A DNA stretch of 64,000 bases. Origin: Octopus sinensis (taxonomy: Eukaryota). Location: NCBI RefSeq assembly GCF_006345805.1, contig NC_043000.1:137020001-137084000 (forward strand), read 5' to 3'. Both the position numbers and the translations under genes were made by a program. The notes under the pieces are model-generated. The model did not search any database. It had not been told where the DNA came from and was given only the letters and a program-made list of their open reading frames with translations. Below, piece after piece: positions 23,256-37,527 of this stretch. The first letter of the stretch is position 1. Every line of letters begins with the position of its first letter.

Positions 23256-24534
23256 GTTGGGAAGTTGGTACCAAGAAGGATAACCAGTTATAAAATTGGC
23301 ACTCCTAAAATTGTGGCAGTATCACCTGCTTATTCAGTGAGAAAGATGATTTGTTTTTGACTAATTATGCCAATTTTCTTTTATCTTATAAATATGTAGC
23401 CTTCTTTGGTTGGGGTTGGATATTTGTTGAAATCTTAGTTATAACTCTCATAATTTTGAGTCTAGATTTAGCTGGTGTGGAAACAGATTTTTACCTCACT
23501 AAGGTTAAGACTTTTAAAATGAAAGTGTCGCTAATCAACCAGAGTCAAATCGACTTGTCATATTAGCCTGTTTTGCTTAGTTCTAACATTATTCTTTATT
23601 GATGAACTAGATTTATAAAAAAAGACTGTCACCTCTAATACATAGTTTGTTAATAAGGTTTCCCCCCGAGATTAGCAGAAACCAGAGTACCTAAGTTATT
23701 TAAGATATGATGTCGAAAATGCTGTTACGTGAAACTATGTTGCACAAGAAGTTGAAAATACACAAAATATCTGATATCTTTATGAGAAGGAAAATAGCTT
23801 GGACTGAGTACCTGTTAAGGGTTATGCTGCAATGGTAGTAAGTATTTGTAATACTGTTAGTGCTGTTGGAGTTATTATAAGCATCAATGTATGATGATTG
23901 ATATATCTAAGTAGCATGTATTGTGGATGTGATTCTTATTTCTATTGATTTCATTTTTGTTTTGAAGTAAATTCTTAGATTTTGCTGTTTTGTTCTTTGG
24001 TTAGAAGCTCTTCATATCAATAATTCAAAACGTGATTCCACAATACACCTACTCCATTCAAAACATTTAAGCATCATTTTTTTTTTAAATACTGTAAGCT
24101 ATATTATGTGAATAATTTATTTTTTTTTACAAAGTTTTGAGAATAATGAATGACAGCACTCACTTTATTTTCATAATCAATGATCGTTTATATTCAATAC
24201 TTTCTATATGTTTTCGTTATATTGAGTAGATTTAAATAATTATTTGTTTTTATTTTCAATTTGTTTATTGTTGATAGGCTGTCAGTTTATTAAGTAAGAT
24301 TAGTCTTGTAAGTTCGCATCAATGCATGATACCTACAGGTTTTGACAGTAAACGTACAATACTTAAATAGATTTATATTCATTGGCATTATTTTCATTAT
24401 AATTAATTACAGTAGACCAACTGCAGATGTATTTATAAACTCCATGTAACATAAAATCTTTGGTTAGTAGAACCAACAATTTAGTTTTGATTCTCAGTTT
24501 CAATTACTTTGACCATGTAGTTAAGTATTTAGTT

Positions 24535-24665
24535 TCACAGTCATGTGGCTTCTGGTTCAGTCCCACTGCACAGCATCTTGGGTGAGTGTCTACTATTATT
24601 GCCTCAGGCTAACCAATGCTATGTAAGCAAATTTGATAGACAAAATCTGATGGACATTCATTGTG
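24535..24665 (+). mobile_element. Degenerate SINE family A 5' part
   Basis: GGTTCAGTCCCACTGCACAGCATCTTGGGTGAGTGTCTACTATT. Confidence 0.65.
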
Positions 24666-26206
24666 TCATCATAATTATTTATAATCTTCACTGTGCTGTA
24701 GGCTACAAATGTTTCCAGTTCAGCTGGGCAACAACCAGTGGTTTTCTGTCAACAAATCATTTGCCAGCTCTGCCTTTTTAAATTTCTTCTCATATATAAT
24801 AGTACTTTTGTTCTAATAATCGTGTGACTATATGAATTTTAATGAATGATCCAACTTAACATGAGTTTGCTGAGCACTATCAGTTCTTTGTAGAGGTATT
24901 TTCTGTAAATTTTGAAATATTAGAATCCTTGTGGTATGCTTGGAAGTTACAGTGATAGCTACAGTAGAGATGTGCAGGATCCAGTATCTAAAAAGCCAGA
25001 TAAACTCGAAACTTTCAGTAGTTTCTCAGATATGTATTAGCACCATCTCCAAATACTTTGTCATATTGCTTTCAATATGCCAGGCTTATTATGTCTAAAG
25101 CGCAATTTGACTTCCATCAAGTTCCATTTACCGTTACTCGTTAGACTTCATTATCCAGTTCTCATGATCATTTCCTGTTGCACTGATGTCATCCCTATCT
25201 CTTTTACTTTAAAATATGTTTAAATATCTATTTACAATCTAGTTGGTGATAAAGAATTAACATCCTCTTCTAAATTTTCTTTTGATGCTGTATAATGTGG
25301 CAAAAAAGAATATATACTCAAAAGTAAATCTTTATTATATTATGTATTTTATATCTTAGATTTTGGAAAATACACATAAAACAATTAGTTGTCATTATTC
25401 ATTCTTTTTAATGGGTTTTATAAAAAAAAAAGAAAAAATGTTGCTGCCAAGGAAATTGGAGAATGTTATCCTTTTTGGCTTGTTTGAAAATGTAGAAATA
25501 TCATATACAATGAAAGTGAAATAGATAATGGAAAAGAAAGGAAGGAAAAGGGAAAAAAGTAAATAAAAAAATGATTCCAATTTCTGTTATTGAACTCTGA
25601 TTTAATGTTCAGGAAATCTCCAAGAGAACTGAGATTTATTGCAAAATATTTTAAGAAAGCTTTTTTTATTTATTCGTTTTCTTTTTCTTCCTACTGGTAA
25701 ATAGATTGCACCAGTACCCAAATAATCAATAGTGTGTTCACTTGTACCTTTTTATAAAAATAAGTTTGTGTGTGATTCTATCTGTTAACATACATGTATA
25801 TATGCAGATGATTATATTAAAGAGGAATGTGGGTGGTATTAATTTAAAGTTATTTATTTTTACTGTAGTTTTTTTATATTTTAAAAGCCTACATTGACAT
25901 CATCAAGCCTTTCAGTTAAAGAATAAAATGAGACTGAAATCCCTTTAATTTCTTTTCGTAGCTATATCGTTTTCAGTTAAGTGACTGGTATGCAGAACCC
26001 AACAATGTTTGAGAAAGAATATGAAAAAATATGTCTGAAGCTAAACATTACAAACATTTAGCTATCATTATCATCTGTGGTGAACTGAAAAATATTGATT
26101 TCTTACACAAGCATAAGGCTTGAAATTTGTAAAGAAGGTAACAGTTATATCGACCCTAGTACTTCACAGATACTTATTGATCCCTGAATGCTGAAAAGGA
26201 AAGCTA

Positions 26207-26706
26207 TCGTAAATCTTCGAGTATAGTTCGCCCTTGAGTATAAATACACTGGGGATTTTTAGTGGGCTGTACCTCTGAAAAACCTAAACCTTGTGTATAA
26301 TATGCACACCTGTTCAAGGAGGTCTATACAATGTCCTTGGTTTGTAAAAATGTATATGGTAACATCCTTTATTATTATTGTACATATAACATAATGCAAA
26401 CATGTAGTTTTTGGGGCATTTTGTTTGCAGAAAATAAAGAAATAACAGTAATAACATTTAATAAATGTTGCTTACTGCAAGTTATGGATGATTTTTTAAT
26501 GACTTCATTGCTTTCAGGCTTAGCTTAATGTATTTTTGTGCCCGACATCACAAAATGCGTCTGAATAAACATTGCTGGACAGCAAATAGAGACTCGGACA
26601 TTGCTTAGAAAATGATTTTCACATTTAACCTCATATATAGTACACACTAGGGATTTTGACCTTTAAATTTTGGGGAAAAATGCGGATTATACTCGAAGAT
26701 TTATGT
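26207..26706. mobile_element. pogo/Tigger-type MITE, ~500 bp
   Basis: Left TA|TCGTAAATCTTCGAGTATAGTTCGC versus right GCGGATTATACTCGAAGATTTATGT|TA: ~25-bp TIRs with a TA TSD. Confidence 0.75.
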
Positions 26707-27279
26707 TAATCTTAGAGGGATATAAACTCAGGATGTTAAGTGCCAGAACAAATATGGCAGAGCATTTTATCAGATACTCTGATGATTCTACCATTCTACA
26801 ACCTGGCTTTCAAATTTTCAGAAATTGTTAATATTTTTGAAAATCAAGTTGCTAGTACCTGCAGACTGTTCACTTGTCTTATTGTTTAATATAATAGTTC
26901 TGCTGCAGCAAAGTGAATCAGTGAGTTTGTGATGATAATTTCATCCAGTATTTTATCCTCATCTTTTCAGATAACCTGTTGTTAAATGATAAACCTATAT
27001 ATTGTAAGCTTGACTGCTGCTGCTTCACATGCTTATGTGGCTCAGCTGGGATTTGTTGAGGCAGTTTTCTGGGGTTCAATGCCCTTTCTGTTGTCAAATA
27101 CTTGCAACTATTCACACTCTATTTACACTGTGACAGTGAAATAGCTACCAGCTGTTTCTCATATTTCTGGTAAAGGGATTAGCATACTAAATCATTAATT
27201 CAAAAGGCTTGAGTTAATCTCTGCTCTAAACTTGGCATTAAGTTGGGCTTATTTCATTTTTTGATATTTATATTCATTA

Positions 27280-27466
27280 AGGCCATGAACTGGCAGAAGA
27301 GTTATCATGCTGGACAAAATGCTTAGTAGTATATCATTCGTCTTTACATTCCAAGTTCAAATTCTGCCGAAGTTGGCTTTGCCTTTCATTGTTCAAGGTT
27401 GATAAAATAAGTACCAGTTGAGCACTTATCTCACAAAACTGATGGCTTTGTGCTAAAATTTGAAAC
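27280..27466 (+). mobile_element. Degenerate SINE family B
   Basis: GAACTGGCAGAA...AGTTCAAATTCTGCCGAAGTTGGCTTTGCCTTTCAT...GATAAAATAAGTACCAGTTGAGCAC. Confidence 0.75.
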
Positions 27467-28877
27467 TAGTATTTTTATTCATTTTATTTTAGTAAGTAGA
27501 AGCTAAAGCAACTCGCATTTCTTATTTGAGTATAGATAGGAAGTGTTTTAAACTGTAGCAGATATGCTGCAACTATTCAAATTTGAGAAATTAGCCACCT
27601 CATACTATAATGGTGAAGCAAATAGAACAATTTTTTCAGAAGAATTCTTTTGTTGACAAGTTTAATGTTGAACTACTGGATATCTTAGATTGTGCTAACT
27701 CATTTATCATCAAGTGTGTCTAGAAATTATGTTGAAGCTGATTAAATTGCAGCAAATAAAGAAATGTGCATTACTTTACAGTATTAAATTCTTGTGATAC
27801 AAGCTGATAGAGCTGCCAATAAATACTTTTAAAATTGTCCTCTAATATTATACAATAACACTTTTCCCATGTATGGAAAATAGTTAAATGTTTAAATCTT
27901 ACAAGGATTGAACTTGTAATTTTTAAGCTACTACATGTTGGTTTACAGACTAAATTTCCTTGAAACCAAATTCTGACATGTGAAGTTTTTTCAAATGAAA
28001 TTGACAAATGGCTCAATGTTGTATGAATGACCTGGAGAGGAAATCATTTCATCAGAAGAAAATTAAAATATTTAAAATAAAGTGGTTCTATTTGAGTACA
28101 GGTGTTTATCTGCAAGTGTTAAGAAATTTATAGCAATCTAGAATAGTGAAATTAGATGCATCATATAGAAGAGTTTTAGGTTCTGTTGCTTAAGATATCT
28201 TAGATACACTCTCTTAACAAAATAATGCAAATGTCTGAAAATTTAAAGTATATATGTCAATATCAACTACTACAATCTTCTAATTATTTTCTCAAGTTTA
28301 TCTTGATAATAGAATCAAATTTTCTTTTTCATCTTTGGTAATCATTTTCACCGTTGGCTATTTTGCTAATTGTGACCAAAATTACAGAAGTTATGTCTCA
28401 TAGAATGATAATATAATAAATTCAGGGCTAATTTTTAACACTTACTTTTGTAAAGGGGTAAAAATATATCAGATTGTATTTTATATATATTCACACACAC
28501 ATGCATACACGCATACACTCACTCACTCACTCACATATTGTATATATATAGGAACAAATCAATTATATTTGTGCTATTGTAAACAGGACTGCTCTATTCC
28601 TCCCCTTTTCATTAAAGTTTTCGCATATTATTAGCTAGTCCTTTAAGTTTCATTTTAAACCATTTCAGAAGTCAAATCTTTTAATGTTGTCTTAGAGGTT
28701 ATTATTACTGTTTTGAATGCAAGAAGAACTCTGTGTAATTTCTTGTCATTGTCATTATATTTAAAATTTTGTAGCCTTGGTTTACTTTCATAATGCAGAA
28801 AATTGGATAGCTCTTGATTTATTTTTTTACTGGCTCTGCTACTATTTATGTGAAGAATTTTCATGTTTTGCAGTTCT

Positions 28878-29282
28878 CTCTTTTTTTTTCTCTTTTACTT
28901 GTTTCAGTCATTTGACTGCGGCCATGCTGGAGCACCGCCTTTAGTCGAGCAAATTGACCCTGGGACTTATTCTTTGTAAGCCCAGTACTTATTCTATCGG
29001 TCTCTTTTGCCGAACCGCTAAGTGACGTAAACACACCAGCATCGGTTGTCAAGCAATGCTAGGGGGACAAACACAGACACACAAACATACACACACACAC
29101 ATACATATATATACATATATACGACAGGCTTCTTTCAGTTTCCATCTACCAAATCCACTCACAAGGCTTTGGTCAGCCCGAGGCTTTAGTAGAAGACACT
29201 TTCCCAAGATGCCACGCAGTGGGACTGAACCCGGAACCATGTGGTTGGTAAGCTACTTACCACACAGCCATTCCTGCGCCTA
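28878..29282 (-). mobile_element. SINE family A, full length
   Basis: Reverse complement of the 536-957 copy. Confidence 0.92.
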
Positions 29283-31175
29283 TAATTTTCCAATAATTTA
29301 TATTAATAATATATTTCTTGCTTTCTTTTCTCTCTCCTCACTTATTCTTTCCTTTCTTGCTTCTTCCTCTCTCTTCTCTCCTCTTACTCTCCTGAATGTC
29401 CTCGCTTCCATTCCTATCAGTCCATGCCAACTTCATTTTTATGCTAAACCTGAAATTATAGGAAGACATGTTGGTATAGTAACTAATCCTTTTCTTGTGT
29501 CTCTAATTACTTTTTCATTTCTTTGATAAAAGGTATAATTTGAAATGTTTAAACCCTCATTTCAGGCGTTTTGTAACAGATTGTCATAAGCGCCACAACT
29601 CAAAAATTGAGAAAAAACTGTCAATGCTTTGCAACATTCAGAAAGCAATATCTCAACAAGGAATGAAGTTAGAAAGCTAGCTTTGGTCTTAAAATGAGTG
29701 TGAAGACTTCGTCTAATCATTCCACCTATCTAAAATTATCTATTTGCGTATGCATCTGAAAGATGAAACAATGACTGCATCTTTCTCATTTTGTAGAATA
29801 TACTGGTATTACAAAATGGCGTATCACATTGCATATTTTAGCCAAATACCTTGAAAAAAACATACAGAGACTCCCCAAAGGTATTGTTTGTGTTTCAATA
29901 TACCAAGTTAAGTATCTTTAAGAGGTAAGACAAGATAGTAAGATAATAGCTTATTATCGTTATGATGGTAACGAGGAATAATAGAAAATGAGCCATAACA
30001 CCTTGGAAAATGATACAGGGACCACACCAAGGTCATTAATTGAGTATGTGTGCTTATGATGGTGTGTTAGTAAACTCTCTAGTCTGAGTTTGGGTGAGCA
30101 AGCATCGTGTCAATAGTGTCGAGGTACAATTTTTTTCTGTTGGATTTTCAACCTTATTGCAAGCCTCACCAGTTCTTCCTCCCAACTTTTTTGGATTCTA
30201 GACATCTAGACAAAGAAAATGATATACTAACCTCGAAAATGGCTGGGTTGGCACTTACGACACTGTTACTAAAGGCCTCATTTATTCTATTCCTTAGTGT
30301 ATTTATTTTCACTAGCAGAACCCATGAATATTTCATTGAATTAATGGGAAATTTATTGGGTTATTTCTGAAAAATTCATCCTATCAAAGCATTGCTGTTC
30401 TTTGACTAAAGGTGTTTTCATGTTGGGCTGAAAATCCATTTTGGATGAATGTACAAGGGCAAAACTGCTATGAGTGATTTTTTTTAAAAGAAAATTGTAA
30501 AATTTGAGACTAAAATTTGACAAAGTCTGAGGGTCCATAGTAAGTGATTATGTGTGTGTGTGTGATATATATATATACATGAATATATTATATATTTGTG
30601 TATGTTTATATTTATATCTGTATTTATATGAATGTGTATATTTATATGTATACTTTATAATTTGACTCATATCCATATCTCTTAAGGTTTCATGGGTAGG
30701 ACACTTGCATCTCATCAGATATTCTGTCTTCAAACATTTGATGTTAAGAAAAAGTTTTATACCTATGAGACCTTGTGGAATGAGCAGCTGAGTCAAACTT
30801 ATTGAATATAACTCCAACCAAATATGTCAAGTGCTACTTTAATTTGTTCACCCGTGTGTGTGTTTGTGTAGTAATATATTAGTTAGTTACAGTCTTCAAT
30901 CATGTTCTTTTTACTTCTGATATCTGGTTCTGTTTCCTTTTTGTTTGCATTTGAAGTAAATATCCATGCAAGACACACATTTCTTTGAAATTAACTATTA
31001 CTTCGAGCAGTTTAAACAGAGATAACTAACATATTTTTGAAGGAGAATAATTTGAGTCTATGCAAACAAAGACTATGGAACTGTTGCTTTAACTAATAAC
31101 TAGATAGCCAGCTTGTAGGAATACTGTAACGTATGTTGCCTATAATACAAACTACTATTTCGGTAAATATTTTGG

Positions 31176-31207
<32 letters not shown>

Positions 31208-32604
31208 TCTCACACATATGCATTTCTTGTTTACCAATAATTAGCTCTGAAAACACTGTATGGAAATGTCAAGTTTATATTTGGATTATATTGAGATATT
31301 AATTGGCAAAATAATTTTTAATGTTTCTACTTGTTTGCATATTTTTGAAATTTCCTTTGGAGATGTGGGAGAAGTATTTCCTTAATCATTGTGTTTTTTA
31401 CCCAATTTTTGCTTGTAACAACAAATAGTATAACAAGTAAAAGAATAAAAAAATTGTATAATCAGTATAATGACTGATTTATATATTTTTTTTTTATCTC
31501 TTATCCTCAACATTTCATGTATTATCTATGTTACTTGATAAATACCTATTTTGCTGTTATTTGAAATATCAAATGACATTATGCTTATTTTATCTGTTGA
31601 TGATAATAGCAATAATGTTAATATGCAAAAACAGCATGAGTGTATTCACACGCACACATACACACACACACACACAGAGTATTAACGGCTTTTGTATGGT
31701 GATGAGTGAATAATAGATTTCTGAAATGTTAAGAGCAAAACGAAATGGTTGTAAACATAGTTGTTTATTTGAAAATTTTATCCTCTTTCATGAAAAAAAG
31801 GAATTATTACTTGTTCTTTCGACAAACATTCCTTAGATCCTTATATAATGTGACATTTATTTAACTAAATCTCTACTTAATGTCTCTCGTAAGACTTTTC
31901 TTTCTATTGCTATATTTATCAATGTGATCATTATTAGAAGTTTGAATATATATCTAATCATTTTTCAAAACAAATACAAAAAAACCTACTTTGTGTTCTT
32001 TGTTTTTGGAGAAAAAAAAATCAAATTATTAAGTTAGAAAATACATAACCAGATTTAATTACACATGGATTTTAGTGGAGGAATAACTCGAACCATCATG
32101 TAGTCTAATTTTTGTTTTATATTTGATTTTGTTTAAGTATTGATTTCTGTGGCCATATTGGTCATTTTACTGTAGAATTTGGTTCAAACATAATGCGTAT
32201 TTTTGCATGAAACAAAGCTACTTGATTTTATATTTAATGATGTTTAGAAGCTTTTGATTAGAGAACTGAAAAATTTTGGTCATCATTGAAGATGTTAATA
32301 TCCATGAATTGTGGCTCATCACAAATTGTGGCTATAATATTGTTTTATCATCTACTGAAGAGATTAAAAATATAAAATAATATTATTGAGAAAACAGTTT
32401 CGGGCAATGTTTTTAGTTAAAATTTACTGAGTGTATCAGTTCTTACCATTATTTTGGCCTTAGGCATAGAGATTTTTAGTTATTTAATTATTTGAAAATT
32501 CATGTTTAAATGTTTAATATATTTTTTTTAGAAAACCATATGTTAAGATCATTCATCTATCTTTGTAAGGTAGAAATTATTGTGCAGATTTTATTGAAAA
32601 TGAT

Positions 32605-33175
32605 ATCATCACCATCGTTTATTGACCATTTTCCATGCTGGCATGGATTGGATGGTTTGACTGGGAGTCTGCAAAGCCAGGAGGCTGCACCAAGTTCCAG
32701 TCTGATCTGGCAGTGTTTCTACAGCTGGACGCCCTTCCTAACACCAACCACTCAAAGAGTGTAGTGGGTGCTTTTTACATGCCACTGGCACAGGGGCCAG
32801 AGGGAACTGGCATCGACCACATTTGGATGGTGCTTTTACATGCCACCAGCACAGAAGTCAGAGGGGGCTGGAATTGGCCACGTTTGAATGGTGCTTTTAC
32901 ATGACACTGGCACAGGAGCCAGTCATGGTAGTGCTGGCATCAGTCACATTTGGATGGTGCTTTTTACGTGCCACTGGCACAGGAGCCATTCAGGGCGAGG
33001 GGGCTGGCATTGACCATGTTTGGATGGTGCTTTTTACGTACCACCAACACAGGGAGCCAGACAGTAGGCGCTGGCATCAGCCACAACTACAATTTCCATT
33101 TGATTGTAGTGTGATTTGATTTTGATGTTGATGTTCTTGACTCAATAGGTCTCCTCAAGCACTACATATCACCCT
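32605..33175 (-). mobile_element. RTE-related family C with ~5 diverged 60-70 bp units
   Basis: (CAT)n tail, GGACGCCCTTCCTAAC, repeated GGATGGTGCTTTTAC(A/G)TGCCAC units, and an ORF-end-like CTCAATAGGTCTCCTCAAGCAC. Confidence 0.85.
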
Positions 33176-33289
33176 ACAATCGAAAGGTACTTTTTGATAT
33201 CTATAAACTAATAGTAAGACATGGGTAAAGCAGTAAAGTTATATTTTAGAATCTTCTGTAAAGCTCTCACTTACTTATGGAGAATCCAG

Positions 33290-33530
33290 TGTGGGCATTA
33301 ATTTATGTGAGAATGAAGATATGGAAGCTGCCACATGGTTACTCAACATGCTAGAAAAAGCCAACGAATTCCCTTTAGACTATACCCAACTATCTTGATA
33401 AAAGTAGCACACATGTAATGTTGACATAGATATATTTTTATGCATGAAAATGTGATGAGATAGTCATGACTGTTACATTTTTATCATAGCTCTGATTAGG
33501 GCTAATTTAATGGTAAATAGCAACAACATA
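33290..33530 (+). mobile_element. Old unclassified SINE-like repeat (family E)
   Basis: Weak similarity to 3575-3780 and 45440-45640 on the opposite strand. Confidence 0.35.
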
Positions 33531-36500
33531 TAGTGAAGAGACAAGGTATTTTGTACTTCCACTCTCAAATCTCATAAAGAAATATTCTTGTTGGACAGGA
33601 TTGAAAGTTAGATTAGACCTTGTATTTAGTGTTACTTTACATTCCTTTTTGCTTATGTAGTTTTTGTTTCATTCACTGTCTTTGCATAATTGATTTGCCT
33701 TTTTTGAACTAACAACGGTATTCCTAATTTCTAAAGAAATTCTGAGGCTCTATTTAATTTGGTAACATTTTGTAATGTGGATGAGTTATGTGAATGTAGA
33801 TAAAAATTTCCTTCTGCACCCACATAATTCTAGGCTTTCAGTATTGTTTAAATCAGCACTTGAAAGAGAAAGGGACTTTGTTTTGATAACTAATATTTTA
33901 AAAGAAGATATAACACTGTTTTGAAAATGTCATACCATACAAATATGAAGAAAATAACTATTCAGATGATATTTAGGATATTTTCCTTTCACAAAATTGC
34001 AACTTAAATACTACTTTTTCCAAATCTTTGTGACTGCTTTATAGAGGGTGGGGGGTTAATAATTTAAATTGAGCAAAAAAAGATGAAATTTATATTTTCA
34101 TCTATCAATATAATTCTTGCAGCATATGTGACCCAATTCCATTAATAATTAATGAGTAATTTTGTAGTTACATTTTTAATCATTAATTTTGCTATGAATT
34201 AGTTTGCTTTATGCTTCTGAGATAAGTTGTAAAATCTTCCTTTCTAGCTCCTTACATACTGCTATGTTGCTAGAGATTAGAGACTGCATGGCAATAATTT
34301 CAAAAACTACGCTAACAAGAGAATATTTTACAGGCTTGTGAGTTCAGCAACCAAATCTCACCTCATTAGTTTTTCTCCTGCCTTAACTGAACAGGTACAT
34401 TCTGAAAGTATTAGGATAGGTAGTACACAACTGAAAGGAATCAAAATTAGGTGAAGACATACACTTGGACATGAACTCGTCAATGCACAAACATGCATAT
34501 TGAATATGTGGACATTTATGTGTGCACATTCATGTAAATAAGTGCAGAAGTACTTAAGTATATAGACATACATATTGCTCATGCAAGCTTATGGTAAAAT
34601 ACATATGCACAAGGCGACAAATATTTGCACACATCTGCATAAAAATGCAGGCATATATGCATAAATACATTTATGAACTCACTTGTGCTTGGTTACAAAG
34701 AAGCATCTACATACAAATTTGATATGCTCACGTTATTGCATATTATAAAATTTACATAGTTTAACGTCATAAGAGAATGGTTATGAATGTTGTCTATATT
34801 CACCATATCTTTTTCTTGTGTTGAATAAGACAAATGATATATTCTGATCAGCTGGTGAAAACAGACAATAAATAGCACTTTCCTATTGTGTGTTGCTCCC
34901 AAAGTATTTAAATATGTTACTATGTTACATAGTTTTGCTTGACTGGAGTTCTCAGTGATAAAAGGAAAATAAAATGAGTTTTGATTTTATATCACAAAAC
35001 ATTTGTAAATATGAGTAATGTTTTATAGCAATCATTTCTTTCTCAGTCTACAAGATTGCTAGCACAAATAGAACACCAAACTACTTAAATAAAGTTAAAT
35101 CAGATAATTACTTTTACTTCAGATAGGATCTATAGAAAAGAGATTTTATAGATATTAAAATAGTGTGATAGCAGAGAGTGACATAGCTTTCTGTCCATGT
35201 GGCAGTATTCTGAACTATCTGAATACTTGTCTGTATCATGTATTAGTTTCAAGAATAAGATCTTACTTGCTTATGTCCTTTTAGTGATCATACCAAACTT
35301 TTGAGGTAAATAAAAGACATTCTGTTTATTTATCGTGGTGCTAAGAAAACGAGATTGGCTTAAGCAGGAGAGATGTGGATCTAATGTTGCACTTTGAACT
35401 AGATTGTCCTGTGTTCATGAACAATTAAGCAGGTGTCTTCAGAAGCATGATCAAAATATTTCAAGTAATAAATAACAGAAAATCAGCAATGGTGGTTGGT
35501 ATTCTGGTGATAAAAATCTTTTGGTCAGTTCACTTTGAGTTAAACATGCATATGTCTAGGTGTGAGACTGATCAAAATAGATGGCTAGAAAAGAGCAGTG
35601 AAATTCAATGATTTTAATTGAATTTAGGAAATATTTTATGTCAAACTGGGAAAATAATTGTCTTTTGGATGGTTGGAAATAATACTTCATTTCTGTCTGG
35701 AAAGTATTTGTGTGGATTGAATTTTAGACACAAAAAGAAGTAGCAACATTATTCAAACTTGTCTCTCAATCTGCCAAGTGATTTTAGATAGGAAGCAAAC
35801 TTCAGTATATATATTTGAAGCCACTTTTAAAGTGACAATTTATTACACTCTGCTGTTACATGCTAGTGATTAAAACATTTTCTACCTAAAGAACAGGATT
35901 CATGATGGGTTTTTTAAAAATTTTAGTCTACATTTCATAGTATACCAAAGAAAAGTTCAGTTTTTACTCCTTGTATTAAACAGTTTGTTGAATTTTTACT
36001 TAGTGCAAATAATACTTTCTGAGATGATCTTCTTGTCTATTTGGTAAGTTAAGTTTCACTAACTCAGAATTAATTTCTATTAATAACCTTCCAGTTCTGC
36101 AAGTGTGAACTTTGAAAGGTATACAGTTGATAGTATGATAACCATTTTGAAATGTTAAAATTTGTAACAATTACTGTAATAGTAGCTCTAAATTTGAATG
36201 AACAGGATTTACAAACTGATCACTGTGTAATTTTATCAAGATTATGTAGTTTATAAAATCACAAAAGGAAAAGAAAGCATTCATTATGAAATTTAAGTTA
36301 TTCCTTCAAAAAGAGGGGGAAATCCCTTTCAATTCAATTATTATTTTTGAAATATTTAAATTCATATTTGAAAAGAAGAAAAAATGAAATAATAGGAAGA
36401 ATTATAAACTTCAGATAATAAATTTTACATAATAAATTCCAAACATTTGAAAATGAGAGGATCCAGAATAGAAATTAAAGAATAAATTTTTAAAAAATCA

Positions 36501-37527
36501 ATTACGTTTTATGGAAAGTAAAGAAATAACAATAATAAGAATTTATTGCAATAAAAAAGTGAACTGTAAAGAAAAAGAAACAGAAAACTTAAAATACAAA
36601 AACAGAAAGCAGATCTTTGGATGTTAATACTATGCATAACTTCACTACTTTTCTTTCCTCTTTTGAGGAAAATGATAGAAATGAAAATAAATTTTACTCT
36701 TTGATTCCATGTCAAATTGGCCAGTAGTGAGAGATATAGTGCTTAGAATGTTATTCAATTTCTAATTAACGTGGCAAAACTTTACATTACAGCAATAATC
36801 ATGCCAATGAGCCAATTTAGTTCTGTGAAGCATTTATTTTTATGTATGCATTCTTGAAAATTTTATTTTTATTTGTAGGTTATTTTTTTTTTTACATGGA
36901 GTTATTTTCATACTTTCTCATCATTTTCATATTATTGTTATGAATTTTTGCTTTTATTTTGCTCTCATTTCTTTAAACTATTCCAAACATTTTTTGTCAT
37001 CTTTGTTTGAAGAAAGAAAGCGTAGCGGTATATACTCTTACAAATGTAATGGGAAAGTTTCAAGCTTGTAATTATGTGTGCATGTGTGTGAAAGTGTGCA
37101 AGAGAGAGAGAGAGAGAAAGAGAGAGCATATACATGGAGTGTAGCAGTCTTCTGTTTGGTTTATTCAGTAAATTAAATTATATAAAGTGTCACTATTATG
37201 GTTACAACTAATAATCATTGTTTCTAACCGGGTACAATTCTACACACAGCTGATTTCATTGTTTCTGGTACTTGACAAATTCTTATTTTAGAGACTCAGA
37301 TGAAAGAAAGGCAGAGTCAATCTTGATTGGATTTGAATGTAGAATGTAATTCAGTTTTATTCAGTGGTCAACCAATTCTGCTAGATAGATTTTTCAACAC
37401 ATAAATAATTTTTCAATGCGTAAAGACTTTACACATTGAAAAATTATTTATGTGTTGAAAAATCTATCTTTCTACTTGTTCTGTGTTGTTTAGTTTAGTT
37501 TTTAAAATAATAAAAAATTTTTTGACA

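Noticed and set aside
34363-34402. Minus-strand exon-like unit (ECTCSVKAGEKLMR)
   Set aside because: It is isolated, conflicts with the plus-strand candidates, and such matches are expected by chance.
36004-36043. 40-nt exon-like unit with a GTAAGT donor (also 56041-56099 and the acceptor at 3071)
   Set aside because: Acceptors or donors are moderate, the peptides are unrecognisable, and there is no independent support.
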